NCBI GenBank assembly: GCA_045863295.1
Contig: BTWA01000015.1
Span: 61,408-125,407, forward strand
Origin: Candidatus Hydrogenedentota bacterium
GTDB taxonomy: Bacteria > Hydrogenedentota > Hydrogenedentia > Hydrogenedentales > SLHB01
Direction of reading: 5' to 3'
DNA length: 64,000 bases
Below, in pieces: positions 1 through 9,633 of this stretch (positions are counted from its first letter, which is position 1; the number at the start of each line of letters is the position of its first letter). Made by a program: the position numbers and the translations under genes. The notes beneath the pieces were generated by a model, which saw only the letters and a list, made by a program, of their open reading frames with translations, was not told the origin of the DNA and did no database searches.

Positions 1-286
1 AGGGTATCGGGCGGTTCTTCGTCCGGCGCATTTTGGCGTCGAATTCCCGTTCGAGATATTGGTTAAGGACGCCCGCTCCGCTCGAGGTCATGGACACGCC
101 AAGCAGCAGGAAGAAGAGACCTTCCAAGGAATGCAGTCCCATGCCGCCGAGGAAATAGCCCAAGCCCGCCGTAATCAAGACCATGGTGACGATTCTGGGT
201 TTGGTCATTTCCATGTACGCCCGGAATGGAATGCTCTTCAGCCGGAGCGCCGCTTGTGCAAAAAAGGGGGGTGTTTCGATTGCCAT
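1..286 (-). CDS. cyoE: Heme o synthase / protoheme IX farnesyltransferase, 5' part only (runs off left edge)
   Basis: Not in the ORF track. Manual translation from ATG 286 gives MAIETPP...YMEMTKPRIVTMVLITAGLGYF...GAGVLNQYLEREFDAKMRRTKNRPIP, with the KPRI and N-x-x-x-E/D-R-x-x-D-x-x-M-x-R-T-x-x-R-P motifs of CyoE/CtaB. Confidence 0.9.
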   Translation of the reverse strand, partial: MAIETPPFFAQAALRLKSIPFRAYMEMTKPRIVTMVLITAGLGYFLGGMGLHSLEGLFFLLLGVSMTSSGAGVLNQYLEREFDAKMRRTKNRPIP

Positions 287-513
287 TGTACCAGTAAATC
301 TCACCTTGCTTGAGACCCGGCGGACCGGGGTCCGCATCAAATCGTGATATTTAACACGATCTCGGCGAGGATTTCCAGTTTTTGACTGGGGGGCTCATGT
401 ATAGCGGTGCTGGCGGCAGGTGTTCACCACGAATTCCCATTCTAAGCGACCCGCCGCCCTTCAGGTGTGCCTTCCGGGCGGCGGGTAGCTGGGAATGTAG
501 CTGAGCGTGGGCG

Positions 514-1293
514 CTAGATCGCGGCAGACTCGTCGGCCAGCGCTTCTTTGCCAGCCAGCTTTGTTCGCTTGGCCTTGGGTATGAGCATTGGTGTCGCTTT
601 CCGGTACTCAACATAGTCTTGGCCGTGGAACGTTACGAGATCCTTCTCTTCGAACTGTATCGCGATGAGGATATATGCCGTTGTCATCACCGCGAAAATC
701 AGATGTGCGAGAGTCATGGTTGGAGTTGCCCAAAACGCCATGAGCCAGCCTACGTATAGGGGGTGCCGCACGTGCCTATAGGGTCCCGGCGTCTTGAATG
801 CCAAGGGGGTATAGGGCTTGCCCATCAGGAACAGCGTGACTTGCCTCAGTCCAAATAGATCGAAATGGTTAATTAGAAAGGTCGTGGCCAAGACAATCAG
901 CCAACCCGCGGCAAACAGCGTGTGCAGGATGGCCCTGAGGGTGGGTTCCTCGATTTCCCACACAACACCTCCCATGGGTTCCCAGAAGGCGAATAGAAGA
1001 AACAGCGCCAGGCTTGAAAAGAGAGTGTAGGTGCTCCGTTCTGCCGATTCCGGGATGATTCGGGTCCACCACTTCTTAAACGAGGGTCTTGCCATCACGC
1101 TGTGCTGAAGTGCAAAGACGCTAAGCAACCCCGCATTGACAATCAAGGCGTATTCCAATGGCGAATCAGGTCGCCCGTCTATGGACTTGGGTACGGCGAC
1201 GTTTCCAATGAAACCAATGGCGTAGAGAAAGCAGATGAGAAAGACGGCGTAACTGAAGACGCCATAGGCAAAGACAAGTATACGTGCTACCAT
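514..1293 (-). CDS. mddA: Methanethiol S-methyltransferase MddA-like (ICMT/NnrU-family membrane methyltransferase)
   Basis: Motifs FALQHSVMARPSFKKWWT, ERSTY, INHFDLFGLRQ, YRHVRHPLY, EEKDL. Start moved to ATG 1293 (MVARILV), which follows AAGGAGG. Confidence 0.8.
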   Translation of the reverse strand: MVARILVFAYGVFSYAVFLICFLYAIGFIGNVAVPKSIDGRPDSPLEYALIVNAGLLSVFALQHSVMARPSFKKWWTRIIPESAERSTYTLFSSLALFLLFAFWEPMGGVVWEIEEPTLRAILHTLFAAGWLIVLATTFLINHFDLFGLRQVTLFLMGKPYTPLAFKTPGPYRHVRHPLYVGWLMAFWATPTMTLAHLIFAVMTTAYILIAIQFEEKDLVTFHGQDYVEYRKATPMLIPKAKRTKLAGKEALADESAAI

Positions 1294-1546
1294 TTTTGGG
1301 GGGCCTCCTTTGGTTTCTTGATGGTGTTCCAGAACATACGATCGAGGCAGGAACAGAGGGCGAACAGAGGGCCATTTCCGGGATTCCTGTGACATTCCGC
1401 CTGTTCAATTGATTTGTGAACGGCGGTGATGCCCTGCTGTCCGTCATGTTGTTCTGCCTGTTTCGGCGTTTCTTTCACCTCAATCCTTCCTCTTTTTGTG
1501 TTCTTGGCGGCTACTGTTCGTATTAGCCGCGCCAAAAGAACAGAGG

Positions 1547-1562
1547 GCAAGTGGGATGCCAA
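1547..1562 (-). promoter_or_regulatory. sigma54 (-24/-12) promoter upstream of the mddA-like gene
   Basis: Minus strand reads TTGGCATCCCACTTGC, matching TGGCA-N6-TTGC. An IHF-like site CAACCTGTTGAAT lies at about 1579-1591 and the enhancer-binding-protein gene is adjacent. Confidence 0.8.
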
Positions 1563-1629
1563 TTGGAGGAACGAAGCACAACCTGTTGAATACCATCGTG
1601 TTGGGAAAAATTGGCCAAAAATCTACGAG

Positions 1630-1686
1630 TCGTGAAGATTCGCAATTTGCGAGATTTCGCGACTCCTTCTTGCGAAAAGATGCGAA
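1630..1686. promoter_or_regulatory. Putative upstream activator sequences for the sigma54 activator
   Basis: Palindrome TCGCAATTTGCGA (1640-1652) plus further GCGA/TCGC half-sites, about 80-120 bp upstream of the sigma54 promoter. Confidence 0.5.
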
Positions 1687-1728
1687 CACAAACCGTGTTT
1701 TGGACGTGAGGCGCTTTTTGAGTAGAGA

Positions 1729-3693
1729 TTACCGCGGGCGCTTGATGCCGAGGATTTTCATGCGTGAGGCCAACGTAGAAGCATTCATCCCCAGGAGCGC
1801 CGCAGCTCCAGCGGGACCGGATACTTTCCAGTTCGCGGATTCAAGTGCTGCGACGATGTTTGCACGCTCAAGGCGTTGCAAATCTTCGGCTGTGAGAATG
1901 ACACCGGATTGACTCTTTGCCTCATTCGAAATCCAGGAATGTGGAATGACATCGGGTAAGGCGCGATCGAGATCCAAGCTTTCTCCGGTTGCAGTGATGA
2001 GTGCGCGTTCAATCACGTTTTCCAGTTCACGGACATTCCCGGGCCATGGATAGGCCATGAGGCGGGCGCGCGCGGCGTTGTCGAATCTGGGTTGTTTGCG
2101 TCCGATACGTAATGCGGCGCGTCTCGCAAATGCCTCTGCCAAAAGGAGAATGTCCTCTCCCCTTTCACGCAATGGCGGTATATGGATGGGAAATACATGG
2201 AGCCGGTAATACAAGTCTTCGCGAAATATGCCCTGCTTCGAAGCCAATTTAAGGTCGCGATTGGTGGCGGCGATAACCCGCACGTCTACGCGCCGTGTTT
2301 TTGAAGAGCCTACCGATTCGAACTCGCCTTCCTGCAGAACGCGCAGGAGTTTTGCCTGTAGATCAAGGGGCAACTCGCCCACTTCGTCCAGAAATATGGT
2401 ACCTCCATGTGCGAGGGCAAATCGTCCTTCACGCTTTTCCGTAGCTCCAGTGAAGGCGCCTTTTTCGTGCCCAAAGAATTCGCTTTCCATGAGGGTGGCG
2501 GGGATCGCGGCGCAGTTTACTTTGATCAGCGGCATATCGCTTCTGCGGCTGGCTTCATGTATCGCACGGGCAAAGCGTTCTTTTCCGGTTCCAGTCTCGC
2601 CGTGTATGAGCACGGTCGCATTGGTGGCAGCGACTTGCCTCACCTCGTCGAGCACACGACCTAATGCCTTGCTCGTGCCGATAATCCCGGCGTCCTCCTG
2701 TAGGGTGGCAATCTCCCTTCGCAGGTATTCAGTTTCTCTGGTGAGCATTTGAATGCGGTTTTCCGCTTCCAGCCGGTCATTCACGTTGCGAAGCACCAGC
2801 GCATAGAATGTTTGCCGATGCATGGCGTAAGACGATAGTGTTGCTTCAACCGTCAAAGCCCCGCCGTCCTGCCGGACCGCATTCAGCGTGGAAGGCAACC
2901 ACAGATAGCGTTGCCCTTCCGGCACACTGGCTAACTGGCCGACGTAACGTAGAAGTGCTTGGCGCGAATCTGTGTCGAGGAATTGGCAAAAATCCTGGCC
3001 GGCGACATCTTGGGCACAAGCGCCGAACATGGCTTGCGCGGCCTTATTCCACTGGGTGATATGCATGGCGTTGTCGAGTTCGACAATGGCATCCATGGCC
3101 GAGTCAAGCACGCGGCTGATCTTCACTTCCCGGTCGCGGATTTCCATTTCCGCTTTGATTCGAATGAGTTCGGCAGACGCCCGGTTTGCAAAAATGCGAA
3201 ACAGCGCTTGGGTATGCTCATCGGCAGGCATGGGTTTTCTGTCCAAGACAGCGAGGTGTCCCATGACTCGACGTCGTGAATCGTAGAGTGGAACCCCCAT
3301 GTAGCTTACAGCGCTGGACTTAATTAGGTCGGGGTCGCCGGGATAGATTTGTATGATGTTGTCGGGGTAATGGATCAAATCGGCGGTATCAATGACGGCG
3401 CCACAGGGGGTGTCGTCGATCGGCCTTTCCCAATCCCGAAGCCATTGACCATCCATGTAGAAAGCGAGGGCTCGCAACTTTCGCGTTTCAGGATAGTACT
3501 CCGTCACCCAAGCCCCCAAGGTGCCCAGGATACGGGCGAGGTTTTCAACGAGAGCTTCAAAAAACCGTTCACCGGTGGCATTTACGGTTCCTTCGACGAG
3601 GGCGCGGAGCGCGGCCTGTTCGTCGAATGGCCGTACTGCGGAGGTTGCTGGGGGGACTGACATGGCTAAAACTCCGTGCAGGGGATATAGCAT
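1729..3693 (-). CDS. sigma54-dependent enhancer-binding protein (GAF-PAS-AAA+-HTH, FhlA/HyfR-like)
   Basis: GETGTGKE Walker A, ESEFFGHEKGAFTGA, FLDEVGE, WPGNVRELEN, C-terminal Fis HTH, N-terminal GAF and PAS. Start may be 3663. Confidence 0.93.
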   Translation of the reverse strand: MLYPLHGVLAMSVPPATSAVRPFDEQAALRALVEGTVNATGERFFEALVENLARILGTLGAWVTEYYPETRKLRALAFYMDGQWLRDWERPIDDTPCGAVIDTADLIHYPDNIIQIYPGDPDLIKSSAVSYMGVPLYDSRRRVMGHLAVLDRKPMPADEHTQALFRIFANRASAELIRIKAEMEIRDREVKISRVLDSAMDAIVELDNAMHITQWNKAAQAMFGACAQDVAGQDFCQFLDTDSRQALLRYVGQLASVPEGQRYLWLPSTLNAVRQDGGALTVEATLSSYAMHRQTFYALVLRNVNDRLEAENRIQMLTRETEYLRREIATLQEDAGIIGTSKALGRVLDEVRQVAATNATVLIHGETGTGKERFARAIHEASRRSDMPLIKVNCAAIPATLMESEFFGHEKGAFTGATEKREGRFALAHGGTIFLDEVGELPLDLQAKLLRVLQEGEFESVGSSKTRRVDVRVIAATNRDLKLASKQGIFREDLYYRLHVFPIHIPPLRERGEDILLLAEAFARRAALRIGRKQPRFDNAARARLMAYPWPGNVRELENVIERALITATGESLDLDRALPDVIPHSWISNEAKSQSGVILTAEDLQRLERANIVAALESANWKVSGPAGAAALLGMNASTLASRMKILGIKRPR

Positions 3694-3817
3694 GACAGGC
3701 GCTAGGATTTCGAATCGCCGTTGGCCGTCAGCGAGTGGTTTCTGCTTTTTTCAGGTTTGAGCCGACGGGGATGGTTGACGGTTGCTTGAGAATCGTTGTG
3801 CACGCTCAACTTGCGGT

Positions 3818-3845
3818 TTGACAGGCAATTACGTTAGACTACGCT
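3818..3845 (+). promoter_or_regulatory. Possible sigma70 promoter for the yicC operon
   Basis: TTGACA-16 bp-TACGCT, about 50 bp upstream of yicC. Confidence 0.35.
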
Positions 3846-3892
3846 GCTTTGGCTTGGGCTGATTTTATTGCAAAAACTGGATTGGCGGGCGC

Positions 3893-4771
3893 ATGACGCA
3901 TAGCATGACCGGGTTTGGGAAGGCGACTTCGACCTTGGATGGACAAAGCATCACGGTGGAAGTGAGTGCCGTCAACCATCGCTATTTGGATTGTTCACTT
4001 CGGATGCCTTCCTCCTGGATGGCGCTGGACCCTGTTTTGAAAGAGACTGTGCGGCAACGGGTTAGCCGTGGCAAGTACACAATTAACATATCCCGCCGAC
4101 GGGTTTCCGGCAGTGACTCCACGGTGGGATTCGATGCTGTTTTGGCAAAGCAGTATTTGGAGGCTTCGCGACAAATCGGCCAACTATTGGGCACATTCGA
4201 GAATCTTTCGCTGGATACATTGGTAAATCTGGAAGGCGTGCTCTACCAAGCAGAGTCGGAAGAGGATTTGTCGGCATTGGAATCGGCCTTGGTGGGAACA
4301 CTGAACGCGGCACTGGATGCGTTGATAATAATGCGGACCCGCGAGGGTCTGAAACTGGAGAACGATATTCGGGAACGGGTGTCTGGAATCCGGGCGTCTC
4401 TGGAGCGCATCGAGGCTCGCCTTCCGGAACTGTCGCAGTTTTATGAAGAGCGTCTGCGGGCACGCATTGGCGAATTGGCCATGGATGTGTCGTTGAAGGA
4501 AGAACGTATCGCGCTGGAAGTGGCGCTGATGGCAGAAAAGAGCGATGTGAACGAGGAAGTGGTCCGGTTGAAAACGCACCTCGAACACCTTGAGTCCATA
4601 TTGGCGGAATCCGAGCCGGTAGGACGGCGGCTGGATTTTTTGACGCAGGAAATTCAACGGGAAATCAATACGCTGGGCGTGAAGACGCGAGACGCGGGCG
4701 TGGCCAAAGACATCCTGGATATGAAGGCGGAACTCGAACGAATCCGCGAACAAATCCAGAACATTGAATAG
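3893..4771 (+). CDS. yicC: YicC/YloC family endoribonuclease
   Basis: SMTGFG, VNHRYLD, GRRLDFLTQEIQREINTLG, IREQIQNIE; conserved yicC-gmk-rpoZ synteny. Confidence 0.95.
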   Translation: MTHSMTGFGKATSTLDGQSITVEVSAVNHRYLDCSLRMPSSWMALDPVLKETVRQRVSRGKYTINISRRRVSGSDSTVGFDAVLAKQYLEASRQIGQLLGTFENLSLDTLVNLEGVLYQAESEEDLSALESALVGTLNAALDALIIMRTREGLKLENDIRERVSGIRASLERIEARLPELSQFYEERLRARIGELAMDVSLKEERIALEVALMAEKSDVNEEVVRLKTHLEHLESILAESEPVGRRLDFLTQEIQREINTLGVKTRDAGVAKDILDMKAELERIREQIQNIE

Positions 4772-5402
4772 GGCCGGGGTTTTGGCGCGCGCAGGCATTT
4801 TGTTCGTAGTGGCTGCCCCTTCCGGCGGTGGCAAGCGCACAGTGTTGGATCGGGTGATGGCGGACGACGGCAATTTGGCGTTTAGCGTATCCGCTACGAC
4901 CCGCGATCCGCGCCCGGACGAGCAGCATGGCCGCGAGTATTGGTTCATGCAGCGGGCCGCATTCGAGGCGGAGATCCGCGCGGGCGGATTCGCCGAATGG
5001 GCTGAGGTGCATGGGAATCTGTACGGAACGCCCCGGCGCGAACTGGATCGGATATTTGCCAGCGGAATGGACGCCGTGCTTGAGGTGGATGTGCAGGGCA
5101 TGCGCAACTTGAAGCAGTCGAACGTGCCGATTGTCTCGGTATTCATTACGGCACCGTCGTTCGATGAGTTGGAGCGGCGGCTTCGCCACCGCGGAACGGA
5201 AACCGAAGAGCAGATCTCGGTACGCCTTGCAAATGCGCGCACGGAGTACGAGGCACGCGGCGAGTTTGACTATATCATCGTGAATGACGCGCTGGATGGC
5301 GCGGTGGACGATATGCGGGCGATTGTACGCGCGGAGCGGCTTCGTTCGCACCGGCATGGTGGCTGGCAAACAGGTAGTGGCGTTCAGGCGCTGAAAGGAT
5401 AG
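4764..5402 (+). CDS. gmk: Guanylate kinase
   Basis: APSGGGK P-loop, SVSATTRDPR, EWAEVHGNLYGT, RGTE. Confidence 0.95.
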   Translation: MNRAGVLARAGILFVVAAPSGGGKRTVLDRVMADDGNLAFSVSATTRDPRPDEQHGREYWFMQRAAFEAEIRAGGFAEWAEVHGNLYGTPRRELDRIFASGMDAVLEVDVQGMRNLKQSNVPIVSVFITAPSFDELERRLRHRGTETEEQISVRLANARTEYEARGEFDYIIVNDALDGAVDDMRAIVRAERLRSHRHGGWQTGSGVQALKG

Positions 5403-5407
5403 ACACA

Positions 5408-5653
5408 ATGGCAACCGTATATGATGAGCGGGATCGACAGATAAGCATAGAGGATTTCAACGACAAGATTGACAGCCTGTACCGGCTTGTCATCCTGGCA
5501 TCGCGGCGTGCGGCGCAGATTTCGAAGCCGGATACGCGTCCGTTGGTGCCCACGAAATCGCGCAAACCAACTATGATCGCGCTGCAGGAAGTTTTGGAAG
5601 GCAAGGTGAAGGTCCGGCGCGGGGACATTGAAGAAGAAGCGTTTCTGGAGTAG
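5408..5653 (+). CDS. rpoZ: RNA polymerase omega subunit
   Basis: YRLVILASRRAAQI and KPTMIALQEV motifs; lies between gmk and coaBC. Confidence 0.92.
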   Translation: MATVYDERDRQISIEDFNDKIDSLYRLVILASRRAAQISKPDTRPLVPTKSRKPTMIALQEVLEGKVKVRRGDIEEEAFLE

Positions 5654-5716
5654 CCGCCGCGGGCGATTGGTCCCGTCGCTTACCAGGAAAGGGCGGCAGG
5701 CGGGGTTGCCTGCCAC

Positions 5717-6940
5717 ATGCGTTCGATGGATCGTTTCTTTTCCAAGAAAGAGATTGTGCTGGGCGTCACGGGGTCGATCGCAGCCTACAAGGCTTGTGAT
5801 TTGGCGTCTCGATTGACGCAGGCGGGCGCGCGCGTGCAGGCCGTGTTGACCCAATCGGCCCTTCATCTGGTTGGCGCGGCGACTTTCGAGGGGGTAACGG
5901 GAAGGCGGGCGATCACGCAGATGTTCGAACCGCTGCAAAACCCGGATGTCGAGCATATCGCGGTGGCACAGCGCGCTGATTTATTCATCGTCGCCCCTGC
6001 CTCGGCAAATACGATTGCCAAGGCCGCGCATGGCCTTGCCGACGATTGGCTGTCCACCACGCTTCTCGCGACCCGGGCGCCCATTCTCTTCGCGCCCGCG
6101 ATGAACACCAACATGTACACTCATCCCGCAACGATTGAAAACATGGCGCGTCTCAGTGCGCGTGGCTGTTTGTTTGTGGGTCCGGATGCGGGGCGCCTTG
6201 CGTGCGGTACCGTGGGCCAAGGGCGTATGACGGATCCGCAGACCATCATGGAAGCCGCGATTTCCTTGATTTCCGGCAAACACGAATTGGAAGGCAGGCA
6301 TATTGTCATTACGAGTGGGGGCACTCATGAGCCCATCGATCCCGTGCGGTATATTGGCAATCGATCGTCGGGCAAAATGGGCCGGGCGCTGGCTCTGGAA
6401 GCGATTTCGCGTGGCGCGCAGGTAACTGTAATAACGGGTGCTCACGAGGCCGGTTTACCGCACAATGTTGAAGTGGTGGAAGTCCAGACGGCCAAGGATA
6501 TGGCGGAGGCGGTGATTCATCTTGCCCAGGAGGCAGATGCGTTTATTGGGGCGGCCGCGGTGGGTGACTTTCGCGTGGACAAGCCCATGGACATGAAGCA
6601 CAAGCGCGCAGGCGAAGGCATTACATTAAACCTGGTCGAGAATCCCGACATCCTTTCGCTTGTGAGCGCGGTAAAGCAGAAGCAGTTGCTGACGGTTGGT
6701 TTTGCCGCGGAAACGGAAAAGTTGATTGAGAACGCGAAGATTAAATTGAAGAAGAAGCAATTGGATTTCATCGTCGCGAATGAAGTAGGGACGCCGCAGA
6801 GCGGTTTCGGTGCAGACACTGTCAAAGCGGCAATTATCGACAAGAAAGAAAACGTGGATGAATTGCCCCTAATGGGGAAAGATGCGCTGGCAGAGATAAT
6901 TTTCGACCGATTGTGCGCTCTTCTGGGGGCAGGAAAGTAG
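5717..6940 (+). CDS. coaBC: Phosphopantothenoylcysteine decarboxylase/ligase
   Basis: GVTGSIAAYKA, APAMNTNMY, LACGTVGQGR, EPIDPVRYIGNRSSGKMG, GFAAET. Confidence 0.96.
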   Translation: MRSMDRFFSKKEIVLGVTGSIAAYKACDLASRLTQAGARVQAVLTQSALHLVGAATFEGVTGRRAITQMFEPLQNPDVEHIAVAQRADLFIVAPASANTIAKAAHGLADDWLSTTLLATRAPILFAPAMNTNMYTHPATIENMARLSARGCLFVGPDAGRLACGTVGQGRMTDPQTIMEAAISLISGKHELEGRHIVITSGGTHEPIDPVRYIGNRSSGKMGRALALEAISRGAQVTVITGAHEAGLPHNVEVVEVQTAKDMAEAVIHLAQEADAFIGAAAVGDFRVDKPMDMKHKRAGEGITLNLVENPDILSLVSAVKQKQLLTVGFAAETEKLIENAKIKLKKKQLDFIVANEVGTPQSGFGADTVKAAIIDKKENVDELPLMGKDALAEIIFDRLCALLGAGK

Positions 6941-6965
6941 GCCGATTCCGACCGCGAACGCCAAT

Positions 6966-7475
6966 TCAGGCGACAATTATTAGCGCGGGAATGGTGTTGT
7001 GAAACGCGTGGATGAGCATGGGCACCCACAAGGCTTTCCAGAGTGCTACGCGACGCCAGTCCAAGTACGCATAGGCGCAAATCAAGAACAATGGCGCCAC
7101 AAATATTCCCCAGGGTGGCCAAAGAATCGAATGCATCGCGCACCAGACTGCGGACGGCAAGACCATCAACCATGCCCTATTGGACGTAATGTATCCTAGC
7201 AATCCAATCATGGCCGCCAGACCGAGTGTTTCGAACACCGGCGAGATAATTACAATGCCGACGAGCATTACGACTTTATCCGCAGGGTTCTCAATGGGAA
7301 CTTCCTCAAAGGGTCCTTCGTCGTCTCCGGTGAATCCCAAAAGGCTGGATGAAACAGCAAGCGTAATGCTGATAGCAAACGACAGGGCCGCCCATTTGAG
7401 CGCGTAGGTAATCATGGAGCGCTGCTTTGGGGTTTGCAGGGAAGGTTGTTGGACTTCGGTGACTTCGGCTGTCAT
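6966..7475 (-). CDS. CPBP (CAAX/Abi) family intramembrane metalloprotease-like protein
   Basis: Several TM helices, PVFET, W-x-x-x-H and C-terminal HAFHN motifs. Confidence 0.65.
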   Translation of the reverse strand: MTAEVTEVQQPSLQTPKQRSMITYALKWAALSFAISITLAVSSSLLGFTGDDEGPFEEVPIENPADKVVMLVGIVIISPVFETLGLAAMIGLLGYITSNRAWLMVLPSAVWCAMHSILWPPWGIFVAPLFLICAYAYLDWRRVALWKALWVPMLIHAFHNTIPALIIVA

Positions 7476-7691
7476 GGCGTCGTGGTCTCGCTGGTCAAGT
7501 TGAGAATCGCGGCGGCCAAGCAGTGTTTAGGGACCATGCAACGCAAACTCCGACCGGCATCACCGATTTCGTGACGTGCACCGCAAAACTCCTCGCCGCT
7601 GCTCTTATGCCTTGGCCTGTCAATCGCCATTTGTCTGTTTATCGCGGCCGAGCGGCACTATGTACCCGGCGTGCACGCAATCGGAGGCAAA

Positions 7692-8357
7692 TCAGTAATC
7701 GTCCTCAACGGCTTCGAGTATGGACACGGCGGCACTGGTGCCAATGCGGGTTGCCCCGGCAGTAATCATGGCAATCGCGTCGGCGTAGGTGCGGATTCCT
7801 CCTGCGGCTTTGATACCCATATTGGGACCGACGACCTGCCGCATGAGCGCCACATCTTCGGGGGTGGAGCCGGCACGCCCGAACCCGGTGGCGGTCTTTA
7901 CGAACGCGGCACCGGCATTTCGCGCGATCTCACAGGTAAGGATCTTCTCTTCCGTAGTCAGGTAGCTTGTTTCAAGGATGACTTTCACCGGGACGGGCGC
8001 GACGTGGCGTACTACGGCTTCGATTTCCTTTTCGACGAATTGGGGAAACCCGGATTTCAATGCGCCAATATTAATGACCATGTCGATTTCGGTAGCACCG
8101 TTTTTGACGCACTCCTTGGCTTCCTCTACCTTGATACGGGCGGTGTTCGCGCCGAGCGGAAATCCAACGGTGGGATTCACGCCGATGCCACTTCCAGCGA
8201 GGCGTTTCGCGCAAAACGTGGTCCACACGGGATTGACGGAGACCGTGCAAAACCGGTAGCGCATGGCATCGTCGCAGAGTTCTTCGATGTCGCGTTGGGT
8301 GGCATATGCGCGCACCTGTGTGAAATCTATCATCCGCGCGAATTGCGATCTAGTCAA
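7692..8357 (-). CDS. deoC: Deoxyribose-phosphate aldolase
   Basis: VGFPLGA, EIDMVINIG, KVILET, FVKTATGF, IKAAGGIR, RIGTS. Likely TTG start at 8357 after GGGAGG gives 221 aa. Confidence 0.95.
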   Translation of the reverse strand: MTRSQFARMIDFTQVRAYATQRDIEELCDDAMRYRFCTVSVNPVWTTFCAKRLAGSGIGVNPTVGFPLGANTARIKVEEAKECVKNGATEIDMVINIGALKSGFPQFVEKEIEAVVRHVAPVPVKVILETSYLTTEEKILTCEIARNAGAAFVKTATGFGRAGSTPEDVALMRQVVGPNMGIKAAGGIRTYADAIAMITAGATRIGTSAAVSILEAVEDDY

Positions 8358-8500
8358 CGCGGATACCCTCCCATGAATTGCCGTAGGTTTTCCATACTCG
8401 CCTGTATTGTGCTTAAAACCGGTATAGTTTTCCAAGTTTTTGCAGCCTGGATGTTTGTGGGGACGCATGTTGGGTGGTAGAGTGAATTTGGTGCTCGATT

Positions 8501-9619
8501 TTGAAGGACGGAGTTGAATTCGTGGATGGCGTACAGAAAAAGCAGTGCTGCTGGCGGCTTTGTTCGGGCTCCTTGCCGCTGTTGCTGGGGTTGGGCCTTC
8601 TGAGTAGCGGAACGTGCGCTAATCCTACGCTGGCGTTTGCCAATGAAACGCGGACAGGCGACTCCATCCCGCGGGAGTATTTCTCGTCGGCATACAGCCA
8701 TCCTGCCATGGGGACTCTTTTCCGAATCGTAATTACCGGGGAAAGAGGCAAGTCCACCGCAGAGAATCTTGCTCGGATTGCGCAGGAGGCTTTCGACGAA
8801 ATTGATCGGATTGAGAACATCATCAGTGAATGGCGGCCGGACAGTCAGACAACGTATTTGAACGAGCATGCGGGCGGCAAGCCAGTGCCCGTGCACAATG
8901 ACCTTTTTCGGCTTCTCTCGGTGTCCAAGCATTTCCATGAAGTGAGCGGCGGCACGTTTGACGTGACAGTGGGGCCGCTGGTGACGCTGTGGCAGCAGTG
9001 CCGGAAGGAGCAGCGGATACCGACCAAGGACGAACTTTCGGAGGTTCTTGGGGTCGTAGGATCGGACAAGCTGATACTGGAAGATTTGGACCGTAAGGCC
9101 GGTTTGGCCAAAGTTGGAATGTCCATCACCACGGGCGGGATCGGCAAGGGTTTCGCGTTGGACAAAGCGGCGGAAGTATTGCGATTTCATGGAGTTACCT
9201 CCGCGATACTGGATGGTGGCGAGAGCAGTGTGGTCGCAATTGGAACGCCGCCGGGCGAATTGGGATGGACAGTGCAGGTGCGGCACCCTTATAATAAACA
9301 AGGGAGCATAGAGACGGTCGTCTTGAAGGACGAATCGTACTCCGCTTCCGCCGGCATGGGCGATAGTTACGTGGTTGACGGCAAGGGTTACGGCCATATC
9401 TTCGATCCTCGAACGGGAATGCCGCCGGAAGGGATGGTTATGGTCGTAGCGATCGCGCCGACAGGCGCGGAGAGCGAAGCCCTGACCAAGATGTTCTATA
9501 TACAAGGGAGAGAGGCCGCCGAGCGCTACTGCCAGGAGAACCCTGACGTCCGGGCGGTGCTTGTGCCTGAACCGGCCTCCGGCGAACTTGAACCAGTGCG
9601 TATTAATTTTGGCACGTGA
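8501..9619 (+). CDS. apbE: FAD:protein FMN transferase (ApbE family)
   Basis: AMGT, FDVTVGPLVTLW, GGIGKGFALD, HIFDPRTG; hydrophobic N-terminal signal; start uncertain. Confidence 0.9.
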   Translation: MKDGVEFVDGVQKKQCCWRLCSGSLPLLLGLGLLSSGTCANPTLAFANETRTGDSIPREYFSSAYSHPAMGTLFRIVITGERGKSTAENLARIAQEAFDEIDRIENIISEWRPDSQTTYLNEHAGGKPVPVHNDLFRLLSVSKHFHEVSGGTFDVTVGPLVTLWQQCRKEQRIPTKDELSEVLGVVGSDKLILEDLDRKAGLAKVGMSITTGGIGKGFALDKAAEVLRFHGVTSAILDGGESSVVAIGTPPGELGWTVQVRHPYNKQGSIETVVLKDESYSASAGMGDSYVVDGKGYGHIFDPRTGMPPEGMVMVVAIAPTGAESEALTKMFYIQGREAAERYCQENPDVRAVLVPEPASGELEPVRINFGT

Positions 9620-9633
9620 AAGGGACGGGAATC

